Positions 10,105 to 20,541 of a DNA stretch of 64,000 nt are shown here, piece after piece; the first letter of the stretch is position 1, and every line of letters starts with the position of its first letter. A program made the translations under genes and the position numbers. The notes beneath the pieces are model-generated. The model did not search any database, was not told the origin of the DNA, and was given only the letters and a program-made list of their open reading frames with translations. The DNA is from Dehalococcoidia bacterium. Lineage in GTDB: Bacteria > Chloroflexota > Dehalococcoidia > Bin125. The stretch is taken from the NCBI GenBank assembly GCA_963662615.2, contig CAXXSR010000001.1, positions 1,728,001 through 1,792,000 on the forward strand, given 5' to 3'.

Positions 10105-11217
10105 ATGAACGCGCTGCGGACCCAGGAACGGGGCCAGAGGGCGTGGGAAGCGTTCGTGGCCTCGCCGGAGCGGTGGCTCCTCCTGATCGCGGTGCCGGTG
10201 ATCATCCTCGTGCTGCCGAATTTCTTGACCAGCCGGCATCTCTTCCTGGGAACGATCACCGGCACGACCGCCATTGTGCTCTACGGCCTCGCCGCGCTCT
10301 ACGGGCAGACCGGAATCCTCTCCATTGCGCACGGAGGGCTGTGGGGCGTCGGCGCTTACACGGCGGCGATCCTCCACGCCGAGTTCTCCCTCACATACTG
10401 GGAGGTGCTTCCGATTGCGGCGGTGACCGCGGCGATCGCCGCGGCGGTGTTGGCGTATCCGGCCCTCCGCATCCGCGGGCACTTTTACTTGATCACCACC
10501 TTCGCCTTTGCCGAGCTGATACGCATCATTCTGCAGAACGGGGGAGCCTTCGGCAGCGGGGAGACCCTGGGGCTCTTGGTCCTCGGGGGGATTGAAGGCG
10601 GCTTCTTCGGCATCGGCCTGCAGTCAACGAAGTCGATGTTCTACGTGATGGTCGCCCTCCTCTTCTTGGCCATGGCGGGGACGTACTTGATCAGCATTTC
10701 GCCGCTGGGGCGGACCTTCCGGGGCATCCGGGAGAACGAGGACCTGGCGGAATCGGTGGGGATCAATATTGCGCGGTACAAGATCGGGGCGTTCACCCTG
10801 AGCGGCATCTTCGCCGGGGTCGCGGGCGTCCACTACGCATTCTTGCTGCAGCACATTGAGCCGCTGCTCTTCGGCGCCTTCGCCGGCATTCAGATGGCGC
10901 TGATGCTCCTGCTGGGCGGCGCGCTGCCGCTGCTGGGGCCGATCGTCGGGGCGCTCACGGTGAATTTCATCCCCGAGCTGCCCATCGAGGGCTTCGGCGT
11001 CATTGAAGCGCGGATCATCTACGGCGTCGCCCTGATCTTGCTGATCTTGCTGCTGCCGCTGGGACTGGTCCGGGGAGTTTCCTCCCTCTACCTGCTCATC
11101 AAGGAGGCGGCCCTCTCCGGCCTCGCAGGGCGCCGGCCCGTGGAGGTGGTGGCAACACCCGAGGGCTCCGAGCCCAAGGACAACATCGACAGGTGGAAGG
11201 GTCCACCATCCTCTTGA
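10105..11217 (+). CDS. livM: Branched-chain amino acid-type ABC permease (LivM-like), copy 1
   Basis: GILSIAHGGLWGVGAY, GRTFRGIRENEDLAESVGI, LLGG...GPIVGA. Confidence 0.88.
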   Translation: MNALRTQERGQRAWEAFVASPERWLLLIAVPVIILVLPNFLTSRHLFLGTITGTTAIVLYGLAALYGQTGILSIAHGGLWGVGAYTAAILHAEFSLTYWEVLPIAAVTAAIAAAVLAYPALRIRGHFYLITTFAFAELIRIILQNGGAFGSGETLGLLVLGGIEGGFFGIGLQSTKSMFYVMVALLFLAMAGTYLISISPLGRTFRGIRENEDLAESVGINIARYKIGAFTLSGIFAGVAGVHYAFLLQHIEPLLFGAFAGIQMALMLLLGGALPLLGPIVGALTVNFIPELPIEGFGVIEARIIYGVALILLILLLPLGLVRGVSSLYLLIKEAALSGLAGRRPVEVVATPEGSEPKDNIDRWKGPPSS

Positions 11218-11316
11218 GCGTGCAGCCGGCGGCATCTCGGTCCATCTAGGGGAGCCCGTGGGCGCAGGGATAGCACGCGCGCTTCTCGTCGCGCGTGGGA
11301 GCAGGGGGTGAGACGC

Positions 11317-11354
11317 TTGCGGACAGAGCCGACTTCTGATAGCTAAAAGGCTCA
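11317..11354 (+). promoter_or_regulatory. Conserved upstream motif, copy 2 (before binding protein 2)
   Basis: TTGCGGACAGAGCCGACTTCTGATAGCTAAAAGGCTCA; see 7121-7158. Confidence 0.55.
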
Positions 11355-11584
11355 ATGGCGGTATTGGGCCGGTCAGGGGCGCAATGGACATGCCGAGCGA
11401 GGGCCGGTAGCGCGTTCCCACGGGGTTGAACGAGAAGCCGAAGGAAGCGACTCGCCCGGAAAGGGCAGGGACGGACGGCTCAGTCGAGATCCCAGAGAGG
11501 GGGCACGGGTACTAAACCACAGAGCGAGTTGATCCCTCCCGAGCGTAGCGACAGCGCAGACAGATTTAGGAGTAACGAAGCGAG

Positions 11585-12964
11585 ATGACAACGCATCAAT
11601 CCAGACGGAGGCGACGGTTGTGGGCATCGGCCTTCATGGTGCTCGTGGTCCTGGCGCTGGCCTTGGCGGCAGCCTGCGGCGACGACGACGATGACGGCGC
11701 GCAGCCCGCAGCGGCGGCGGCGCCGGGCGCCGAGCCGGCGCCAGCAGCGCCTGCCGGGCAGAAGACGGGAATCGTCAAGATCGGCGTGATCGCCCCGAAC
11801 GCCGGCATCTATGAGGCGTTCGGGCACACCTACCACACGGCCTCATCCCTGGTTGAAGATGAGGTCAACAACGGCCGCGACTACTGCGTCAACGTGGTCA
11901 AGCTGTGCGAGCCCGGCGGCGGCATCCTGGTGGGCGACACGCTCTACAAGCTGGAGTTCCACAAGCGGGATGACCGCTCTGACATCAACGCCGCCGTGGC
12001 CGCCGCGCAGGAGCTGGTGCGGGACGTGGGCGTCAAGTTCTGTTTCTGCGGCACCCCTCACGACTTCGCCATTGCCATCTCCAAGATCGTCAACCCCGCG
12101 AAGGTGATCATGTTCTCCGGCTCCAGCACGCTGGAAGAGCAGCTCTCTTTGGAGCGCACCAAGCTGGGCGGCCCGGAGCACTACACCTTCCAGTCCGAGA
12201 CGCGGGAGTGGCAGCGCAGCGGCAGCGTGGCCAAGGGCGCCATTGAGCTGATTGACCCGAACTCCAAGATCTCCGTAATCCTGATTCAGAACGACGCCAC
12301 CGGGCAGTTCCTGTCCGATTTCTACAAGCGGGCGCTGGAGTCCGAGGGCCAGACCGTACCCGAGGTGATCTTCTGGCCGCCGGAGACCACGGACTTCAAC
12401 CCCTTCTTGGTGCGAGCGAAGGCGCACAACCCGGACATCATTCACTTCTGGTACAACCCGGACAAAGAGATGATCGCGCTGGCGCAAGGGATCGAGCTGA
12501 ACGCGGCCAAGTCCGGCTATTTCATGTTCGCCATCGACCCCGGCCAGTGCCTAAGGGAGTGCCCACGAACGGACCTTCCGGTCGCCGCCTCCTGCCCGCC
12601 CATCTGCTGGGGCGCGACCGTCCGCCAAGAAGCGAAAGACTACTGGGTGCGGTATCAGGCGTTCATTGGCGGGGAGCTGCGGCCCTTCTCGGCCGTCTCC
12701 CTGCTGACCTACGACCACTACTACATGCTCTTCCGCGCCTGGAAGGAAGCGGGCACGGTGACGGACACTGACGCCATCGTGGATCGGCTCGTCAACAATC
12801 CGTTCCACGGCGTCGTTGACGACAATTTCACGTACGACGACAATCACATCGTCACCCACGCCACCGAGGTGTGCGTGACCGAGGGGCCCGCCGATAACCG
12901 CACGGCCCGGTGCACCTTCACGTTGCCCACGGTAGCGCCGCCGGGCACGCCGTCGTTCGAGTAG
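11585..12964 (+). CDS. ABC transporter substrate-binding lipoprotein (LivJ-like), Cys-rich, copy 2
   Basis: Lipobox LALAAAC-GDDDDD, VKIGVIAP, GGGILVGDTLY (as in copy 1), TTDFNPFL. Confidence 0.88.
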   Translation: MTTHQSRRRRRLWASAFMVLVVLALALAAACGDDDDDGAQPAAAAAPGAEPAPAAPAGQKTGIVKIGVIAPNAGIYEAFGHTYHTASSLVEDEVNNGRDYCVNVVKLCEPGGGILVGDTLYKLEFHKRDDRSDINAAVAAAQELVRDVGVKFCFCGTPHDFAIAISKIVNPAKVIMFSGSSTLEEQLSLERTKLGGPEHYTFQSETREWQRSGSVAKGAIELIDPNSKISVILIQNDATGQFLSDFYKRALESEGQTVPEVIFWPPETTDFNPFLVRAKAHNPDIIHFWYNPDKEMIALAQGIELNAAKSGYFMFAIDPGQCLRECPRTDLPVAASCPPICWGATVRQEAKDYWVRYQAFIGGELRPFSAVSLLTYDHYYMLFRAWKEAGTVTDTDAIVDRLVNNPFHGVVDDNFTYDDNHIVTHATEVCVTEGPADNRTARCTFTLPTVAPPGTPSFE

Positions 12965-13056
12965 ACCGGGAGCTCAGGAGGAAAAGCGCAACTGAGACTG
13001 CGCGGGACCGGAGGACCGTTGGGGCCTCCGGCTCCCCGCATCCATTCCGAGAGGAA

Positions 13057-13091
13057 GGCCTCCGGTCCCGGCCAAGCCGGGGCCGGAGGCC
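13057..13091 (+). terminator. 16-bp stem-loop after binding protein 2
   Basis: GGCCTCCGGTCCCGGC-caa-GCCGGGGCCGGAGGCC with one G-U pair. Confidence 0.5.
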
Positions 13092-13215
13092 GAAGGTTTG
13101 TGGGCGAGCGGCGGTGAGGCCCGTGCGAGTCGCGGGCTCGCGGCGCCCGGCAGCGTGAGGCGGCCGGCCCTGCGGAGACGGTGGCGAGCCAGCCGGCAAG
13201 GCGTGAAGGGGTCTA

Positions 13216-14346
13216 ATGGCGATGGACCAGCGTAGCCGGGCGGGCCTGAAGTCGCGTCTGCCGGACTTCCTCGCGACGGCCTCGCCGGAACGGCTCCTCC
13301 TCCTTGTGGCGGTGCCGCTCCTCCTCATCTTCAGCCCTGACATTCTGGCCAGCTCCCGCCTCCTGGACGTGTCCATCACGTACACGATCTTTGCCATCGC
13401 GCTGACCGGCTTGGCGCTGCTCTACAGCCAGATCGGCTTCCTCTCCATCGCCCACGCGGCGCTCTTCGGCGCCGGCGCCTACACGGCGGCGGTTTTTGTC
13501 AATGAATTGGACGTTGGCTTTTGGGCCGTCTTCCCCATTTGCGCGATCTTCGTCTCCCTGGGGGCCCTCGTGCTGGGATTCCCCTCCATCCGCATCAGCG
13601 GCCACCACTTCGTCATAACAACGTTCGCTTTCAGCGAGCTGTTTGTGCTCGCGATGACGAACATTGGAGGCGACAACGCCCGCCTCGGCATCCTTGGCGG
13701 GGCGCAAGGGCTTGACATCGAGCAGCCGATCGGCTCCGTCCTCGGGCAAAGCTTCAATATCAACATCTCCCTGGAGCCGTTCTTCTACCTGTGCCTGGGC
13801 TTTCTGGGCGTGATGATGGTCCTGGGGTACGCAATCATCAATTCGCGCCTGGGCCGGACGTTCAGGGCCATCCGGGAGAACGAGCCGCTGGCCAAGTCGG
13901 TCGGAATCCAGGCGAACCAGTACAAGATCGTGGCTTTCATGATCAGCGGGGTGTTCGCGGGCGTCGCGGGAGCGCTGTACGCCTACAAGCTGCGTCATAT
14001 CGCCCCTCCCCTGTTCGGCGCGTTCCCAGGCGTCCAGTTCGCCATGATGATGCTGCTGGGCGGGGGGGGCAGCTTCCTTGGTCCCCTGGTGGGGGCGATC
14101 GTGGTGGGCTTCCTCCCCGAAGCGCTGGACCTTGCCGGTCTCCCGGTCGCTCCGTTCGAGCGCCAGATCATCTTCGGTCTTCTGCTGGTCGGGGTGATCG
14201 TGCTGCTGCCTCAGGGGCTCGTCAACGGCATTTCCAGCCTGTACATCTTCGTCAAATCATGGATCCTGGAGGCGGCGCGACCACGGCCGCCGGCTGAGGT
14301 CGCCGCGGCCGCCGGGCGCGACGGCGACGACGGCACCGATTCGTAA
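13216..14346 (+). CDS. livM: Branched-chain amino acid-type ABC permease (LivM-like), copy 2
   Basis: GFLSIAHAALFGAGAY, GRTFRAIRENEPLAKSVGI. Paralog of 10105..11217 (both have ASPER near the N-terminus). Confidence 0.88.
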   Translation: MAMDQRSRAGLKSRLPDFLATASPERLLLLVAVPLLLIFSPDILASSRLLDVSITYTIFAIALTGLALLYSQIGFLSIAHAALFGAGAYTAAVFVNELDVGFWAVFPICAIFVSLGALVLGFPSIRISGHHFVITTFAFSELFVLAMTNIGGDNARLGILGGAQGLDIEQPIGSVLGQSFNINISLEPFFYLCLGFLGVMMVLGYAIINSRLGRTFRAIRENEPLAKSVGIQANQYKIVAFMISGVFAGVAGALYAYKLRHIAPPLFGAFPGVQFAMMMLLGGGGSFLGPLVGAIVVGFLPEALDLAGLPVAPFERQIIFGLLLVGVIVLLPQGLVNGISSLYIFVKSWILEAARPRPPAEVAAAAGRDGDDGTDS

Positions 14347-14484
14347 ACCGCCCGCCGGCGGACCTCCCGATTCCCGCGGCGCGCGCCTGATATTCTGTCT
14401 CCTGTTCAGGGGGAAGCCGCAGTGCCGCCGCCGTTGGGGCGGCAGCTTGCACGCTCCTGACGGTGACGGAATGGGGGGCATGCG

Positions 14485-15951
<1,467 letters not shown>

Positions 15952-16198
15952 ACGCGCCGGCCCGGATCCCCAACGGCTCCCGTGCGGGCGCACCGAGGCG
16001 GGTCGGTGGGGCGACGGCGGTCACGACCGTCCTGCTCTCCCTAGGCGTTCCTCGGGCACTGTTAGCAAACCGCGCCGGGGCCTATTATGGGCGAGAAAAC
16101 CGACCCGTGGGTCGGTTTTCAACGCAGCGGCGGCGGCGCACGCGGGCGCGGCGCATGCCGCGGCGGGCGTTCAGGAAGCGGGTTCGGAAGGCGATCGC

Positions 16199-17668
16199 AT
16201 GGCGGTTCGTCTCGCGCGTTCTCAAGGCGGGATCGCCACGCTCTCGCGGCGGCTCGCGGACGCGCTCCGCGCGGCCTCGGAAGAGCCCAGCGCGCGCGCG
16301 CGCGTGATCAGCGTCGCGGTGCCATGGCCCGCCCACGCCGGTGCCGCGCCCGACCCGCTCGCCCTCTTCGCCGCCGCGGCGGGTCAGGACGCCTTCTACT
16401 GGGAGCAGCCCCGCAAGGGCGTTGCCTTCGCCGCGATCGGCTCGGAGATCACGCTCGACGCCGACGCGCCTCCAGACACCGAAGCCGGCGTCGATCGCAT
16501 CACCGCGGTCGTGTCCCGCTGGCGGGCGTTGGCGTCGAGCGCCGTCACGCGATGCGACGGCACACAGGCCCCCCCGCTGCTGGGCGTGGGAGGCTTCGCC
16601 TTCGACGCGGGTCGCCCGCCCGACGCCGCCTGGGCAGGGATGCCGCGCGGCCTGGTGGTCGTGCCGAGACTGGCCCTGGGCCGCCGTCGTCGGGACCACT
16701 GGATTCAGCTGCAGCTCAAGGTTGACCAAGCGGGGGCTGTCGCCGTTGACTCGGCGCTTGAGCAGCTGGCGTCGCTGCTGTCGGCGGCGCGCTCCAACGA
16801 AATCCTTGAGGCCGGCGCAGCGGACCGGCTGCGGCCCGGGGCACTGGAACTGCTGGACGATCCCCCCGCCGCGTGGTGGCACGAAACGGTCGCGGAGATC
16901 ACGGCGGAGATCGTGGCGCGCAGGCTGCAGAAGCTCGTGCTGGCGCGGCGTCTGCGGCTCACCGGCGAGGATCGGATCGACCCGGTAGCGACTCTGGAGC
17001 GCCTGCGGTCGCGCTATCGCCAGACGACCGTTTTCGCCTATCGGCGGGGCGACCGCTGCTTTCTCGGCGCTACACCGGAGACCTTGGTGTCGCTGGACAA
17101 CGGCGCCATTCGGGCCAGCGCGATCGCCGGTACGTCCACCCGCAACCTCAACGGACGGTCAGGGCCACTCGGCGGCACGCTTCCGCTCCCGTCCGATCCG
17201 AAAGAGCGCCGCGAGCACGGATACGTTGTGGAGGCGTTTCGTGAAGCGCTGGCGCCGGTGTGCCGTCGTCTCCACGTGCCCCAGGCGCCGGAACTGCTGC
17301 AGCTGCCGGATCTGCAACACCTCCACACGCCCATCCGCGGAGAGCTTGCCGCGCCAGGCTCCGTGCTCGATTTGGTCGCCAGGCTGCACCCCACGCCGGC
17401 GGTGGGCGGCGTCCCGCGCGACCGGGTCACGCAGCTCTTGCGACGCTACGAACCGTTCGATCGCGGCTGGTACGCAGGTCCGCTGGGCTGGCTCGATGGG
17501 GATGGCAATGGGGAGTTCATCGTCGCGCTGCGGGCGGCCTTGCTGCAACGGGAGAGCGCCACTCTCTATGGCGGCTGCGGTCTGGTGGAAGGGTCGGACA
17601 GCGCCCGCGAATGGGACGAGGCGCGGCTGAAGATGGAGTCCGTGCTATGGGCGCTGGGGGCGGCCTAG
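16199..17668 (+). CDS. menF: Isochorismate synthase
   Basis: KLVLAR, FLGATPE, AIAGT, KERREH, LHPTPAVGG, RGWYAGPLGW; directly upstream of menD. Confidence 0.88.
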   Translation: MAVRLARSQGGIATLSRRLADALRAASEEPSARARVISVAVPWPAHAGAAPDPLALFAAAAGQDAFYWEQPRKGVAFAAIGSEITLDADAPPDTEAGVDRITAVVSRWRALASSAVTRCDGTQAPPLLGVGGFAFDAGRPPDAAWAGMPRGLVVVPRLALGRRRRDHWIQLQLKVDQAGAVAVDSALEQLASLLSAARSNEILEAGAADRLRPGALELLDDPPAAWWHETVAEITAEIVARRLQKLVLARRLRLTGEDRIDPVATLERLRSRYRQTTVFAYRRGDRCFLGATPETLVSLDNGAIRASAIAGTSTRNLNGRSGPLGGTLPLPSDPKERREHGYVVEAFREALAPVCRRLHVPQAPELLQLPDLQHLHTPIRGELAAPGSVLDLVARLHPTPAVGGVPRDRVTQLLRRYEPFDRGWYAGPLGWLDGDGNGEFIVALRAALLQRESATLYGGCGLVEGSDSAREWDEARLKMESVLWALGAA

Positions 17669-19491
17669 AGGCTAGCGGGCACGTCCTGCACCGGTACGTG
17701 GGCGCCTTCGTCCAGGGGCTGGTGGAAGGCGGCGTCCGTGACGTCTGCCTGGCGCCCGGCTCGCGCTCCACCCCGCTCGCCCTCGAAGTCTGGCGGGACC
17801 CTCGCATCAGGGCGTGGCTCCACCTTGACGAACGCTCCTGCGGCTTCTTCGCGCTCGGCATCGCCAAGACGTCGCGCGCGCCGGTCGCGCTGGTCTGCAC
17901 CTCCGGGACGGCGGCGCTCAATTTTGCCCCGGCCGTCGCGGAGGCATCGGCGGCCCGCGTTCCCCTGGTCGTCCTGACGAGCGATCGACCGCCCGAGCTA
18001 CAGGATGTGGGGGCCGCGCAGAGCATGGATCAGACCCGCCTCTTTGGCTCGTTTGCGAAACGCTTTGTGGCGCTGCCCACGCCCGATCCGGCGCCCGCGC
18101 AGCTGCGCTACGCGCACCACGCGGGCGCCCGCGCCGCGGCAATCGCCGTGGCGACGCCCAGCGGGCCGGTGCACGTCAATCTGCCGTTTCGTGAACCGCT
18201 CATCCCCGCCGGCCACGACGAGCCCGCGGCACCAGCAACGGGGATCCGGCTCGACGATGGCAGTGCCGTTGAGCGCCCCTCGATCCGGCAGGCGCCGCGG
18301 CGACCGGAGGCCACGGACGTGACGTCCTACGTCGCGCAGCTTCGAGACGTTGAGCGGGGCATCATCGTTTGCGGGCCACAGAGCGACGCAGCGCTTCCCG
18401 CGCAAGTCGTGCAGCTGGCGCGGGTGCTCGGCTTCCCCATCCTCGCCGACGCCCTATCCGGGCTGCGCTGCGGCCGTCACGACCGCAACCTGGTCGTCGA
18501 CACCTACGACAGCTTCCTTCGCGATGCCCATGTGCAAGGCGTGTTGCGGCCGCAAGCGGTCATCCGGCTGGGGGCGACCCCGACTTCGAAGCCGCTGTTG
18601 CAGTTCCTTGAGTCGTCCGCCAACGGGCGGCCGGGCAGCGCCCCGCGCCCGCTCTTCCAGCTTCTGGTCACGGATGGGGAGGGGTGGAACGATCCTGCCC
18701 TGCTTCCGACCCAGGCGATCGCCGCGGATGCAGGCGCCTTCTGTCAGGCGTTCGGGGAGGCCTTGGCAGAGAGCGACCGGGAACATCCTGCCGGCAGATC
18801 GGATTGGGTCAAGCGCTGGCAGACGTGCGCCGAGGCGGCGCGGGCCGGGCTGATGGAGCACTGGCGCGACGACTCCTCGCTCTCCGAGCCGCGCGTCCTC
18901 AGCGAACTGGCCGACCTGCTGCCGGAGGGCGCCACCCTCTTCGTGAGCAACAGCATGCCGGTGCGCGACCTGGACGGCGTCATCAGCAATCAGCCCAAGG
19001 AGTTGCGGTTTCTGGCCAATCGCGGCGTGAACGGCATTGACGGGATCGTTTCGTCGGCGCTGGGCGCCTCCGTCGCGTGCGCGCAGCCGCTCGTGCTGGT
19101 GCTGGGCGATCTGGCGTTTTACCACGATATGAACGGCCTGCTCGCCGCGCAGCGACACTCGCTCAATGCCACGATCGTCGTGATCAACAACGACGGCGGC
19201 GGCGTCTTCTCCTTTCTGCCGCAGGCGCGCGAGGTGGAGGAGTTTGAGGATCTGTTCGGCACGCCGCACGGGCTCACGTTCGAGCACGCGGCGGCGCAAT
19301 ACGGGCTGGAGCACCGCCGCATTGACTCCGTGGACTTGTTCCGCGCGGCGGTCAACGACTCCATCAGCCGTCCCGGCGTCCAGATCATTGAAGTGCCGTC
19401 GGAGCGGCAAGCGAACGCGGCGTTGCACGATCGGATCTGGTCGCGGATCGCCGTTCGCGCCAGCGCCGCCCTGCGCGAGATCGACGCCTGA
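17647..19491 (+). CDS. menD: SEPHCHC synthase (2-succinyl-5-enolpyruvyl-6-hydroxy-3-cyclohexene-1-carboxylate synthase)
   Basis: APGSRSTPL, DERSCGFFALG, CTSGTA, NSMPVRD, NRGVNGIDG, GDLAFYHD, NNDGGGVF. Start placed at the in-frame ATG 17647 (uncertain). Confidence 0.93.
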   Translation: MGAGGGLEASGHVLHRYVGAFVQGLVEGGVRDVCLAPGSRSTPLALEVWRDPRIRAWLHLDERSCGFFALGIAKTSRAPVALVCTSGTAALNFAPAVAEASAARVPLVVLTSDRPPELQDVGAAQSMDQTRLFGSFAKRFVALPTPDPAPAQLRYAHHAGARAAAIAVATPSGPVHVNLPFREPLIPAGHDEPAAPATGIRLDDGSAVERPSIRQAPRRPEATDVTSYVAQLRDVERGIIVCGPQSDAALPAQVVQLARVLGFPILADALSGLRCGRHDRNLVVDTYDSFLRDAHVQGVLRPQAVIRLGATPTSKPLLQFLESSANGRPGSAPRPLFQLLVTDGEGWNDPALLPTQAIAADAGAFCQAFGEALAESDREHPAGRSDWVKRWQTCAEAARAGLMEHWRDDSSLSEPRVLSELADLLPEGATLFVSNSMPVRDLDGVISNQPKELRFLANRGVNGIDGIVSSALGASVACAQPLVLVLGDLAFYHDMNGLLAAQRHSLNATIVVINNDGGGVFSFLPQAREVEEFEDLFGTPHGLTFEHAAAQYGLEHRRIDSVDLFRAAVNDSISRPGVQIIEVPSERQANAALHDRIWSRIAVRASAALREIDA

Positions 19492-20366
19492 TGCCGCGGA
19501 TCGCAGTGGACGACGTCCGGCTCCACGTCGAAGCGCACGGCGCCGGCAGGCCGCTCCTTCTTCTCCACGGATTCACGGGCAGCGCCCAGACGTGGAGGCC
19601 GTTCGTCGGCGCCTGGGACGGAGCCCGCACCATCGCGGTCGACCTCTTGGGGCACGGTCGCTCCGACAGTCCCGAGGAGGTTCCGCGCTACACGATGGAT
19701 CGGACGGTGGCCGATCTCACCACGGTGCTGGACCGTCTGTCCGTGCCTTCCGCAGTCGTGCTCGGGTACTCCCTGGGCGGGCGCGTGGCGCTGCGGCTGG
19801 CGCTCGCCGCCCCCGAGCGGGTCGGGGCGCTGATCCTGGAGAGTTCGTCAGCCGGCATTGAGACCGAGGGGGCGCGGCGAGCGCGCATCGCCGCCGACGA
19901 GGCACTGGCGACGCAGATCGACCAGGAGGGGATGGAAGCGTTCGTGCGCCACTGGGAGTCGTTGCCGCTGTGGGCGAGCCAGCGGCAGCTCACCGCCGCG
20001 GCGGCGCAGGCGCTGCGGCGACAGCGGCTTCGCAACGCGCCGCGCGGTCTCGCCAACAGCCTGCGCGGCTTGGGCGCCGGCCGCCAGGAGTCGCTTTGGG
20101 CGAAACTCGGGCGAATCGATGTCCCCACGCTGCTGCTGGCCGGCGAGCTGGACGAAGGATACAGGGCGATCGCGGCAAGAATGGCAGAGGCGCTGCCCCA
20201 GAGCCACTTGGAGGTCGTGCCCGGCGCCGGCCATGCAGTCCATCTGGAGCAGCCCTTGCAGTTTCGAGAGCGAGTGGGCCACCTTCTCGCCTCCCTGCCC
20301 CCCGAATCGCCCGCCGCAGCGCGCGCCGGCCAAGGCAGCGCGCCGGGCTATACAAGCGCCCCCTGA
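19491..20366 (+). CDS. menH: SHCHC synthase (alpha/beta hydrolase)
   Basis: LHGFTGS, GYSLGGRVAL, FVRHWESLPLW, GHAVHLE; TGATG overlap with menD. Confidence 0.9.
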   Translation: MPRIAVDDVRLHVEAHGAGRPLLLLHGFTGSAQTWRPFVGAWDGARTIAVDLLGHGRSDSPEEVPRYTMDRTVADLTTVLDRLSVPSAVVLGYSLGGRVALRLALAAPERVGALILESSSAGIETEGARRARIAADEALATQIDQEGMEAFVRHWESLPLWASQRQLTAAAAQALRRQRLRNAPRGLANSLRGLGAGRQESLWAKLGRIDVPTLLLAGELDEGYRAIAARMAEALPQSHLEVVPGAGHAVHLEQPLQFRERVGHLLASLPPESPAAARAGQGSAPGYTSAP

Positions 20367-20541
20367 TCAGCTATACAGAAGGCCGATTTTTCGGCGCTGC
20401 GATCAGATGGTGGCTGGGGTGCGGCACCGGCCGGGAGGCCTTGCGAGATTCGGCAGGTGTCAGCAGGAGACCGGGCAGTGAGGGCAGGCCACACGCGCAG
20501 CGCGCGGCGCGGCTCGCATCAGACTGACGAAGGAGGGACGA

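Noticed and set aside
17260-17646. N-terminal extension of the menD ORF (similar extensions on the 31693, 43492, 52455 and 27983 ORFs)
   Set aside because: They overlap neighbouring genes or spacers; family similarity starts further downstream.
20347-20379. GCTATACA direct repeat near the menH end
   Set aside because: Only 8 bp and not found at the other side of the LLM/lactonase insert, so not a target-site duplication.
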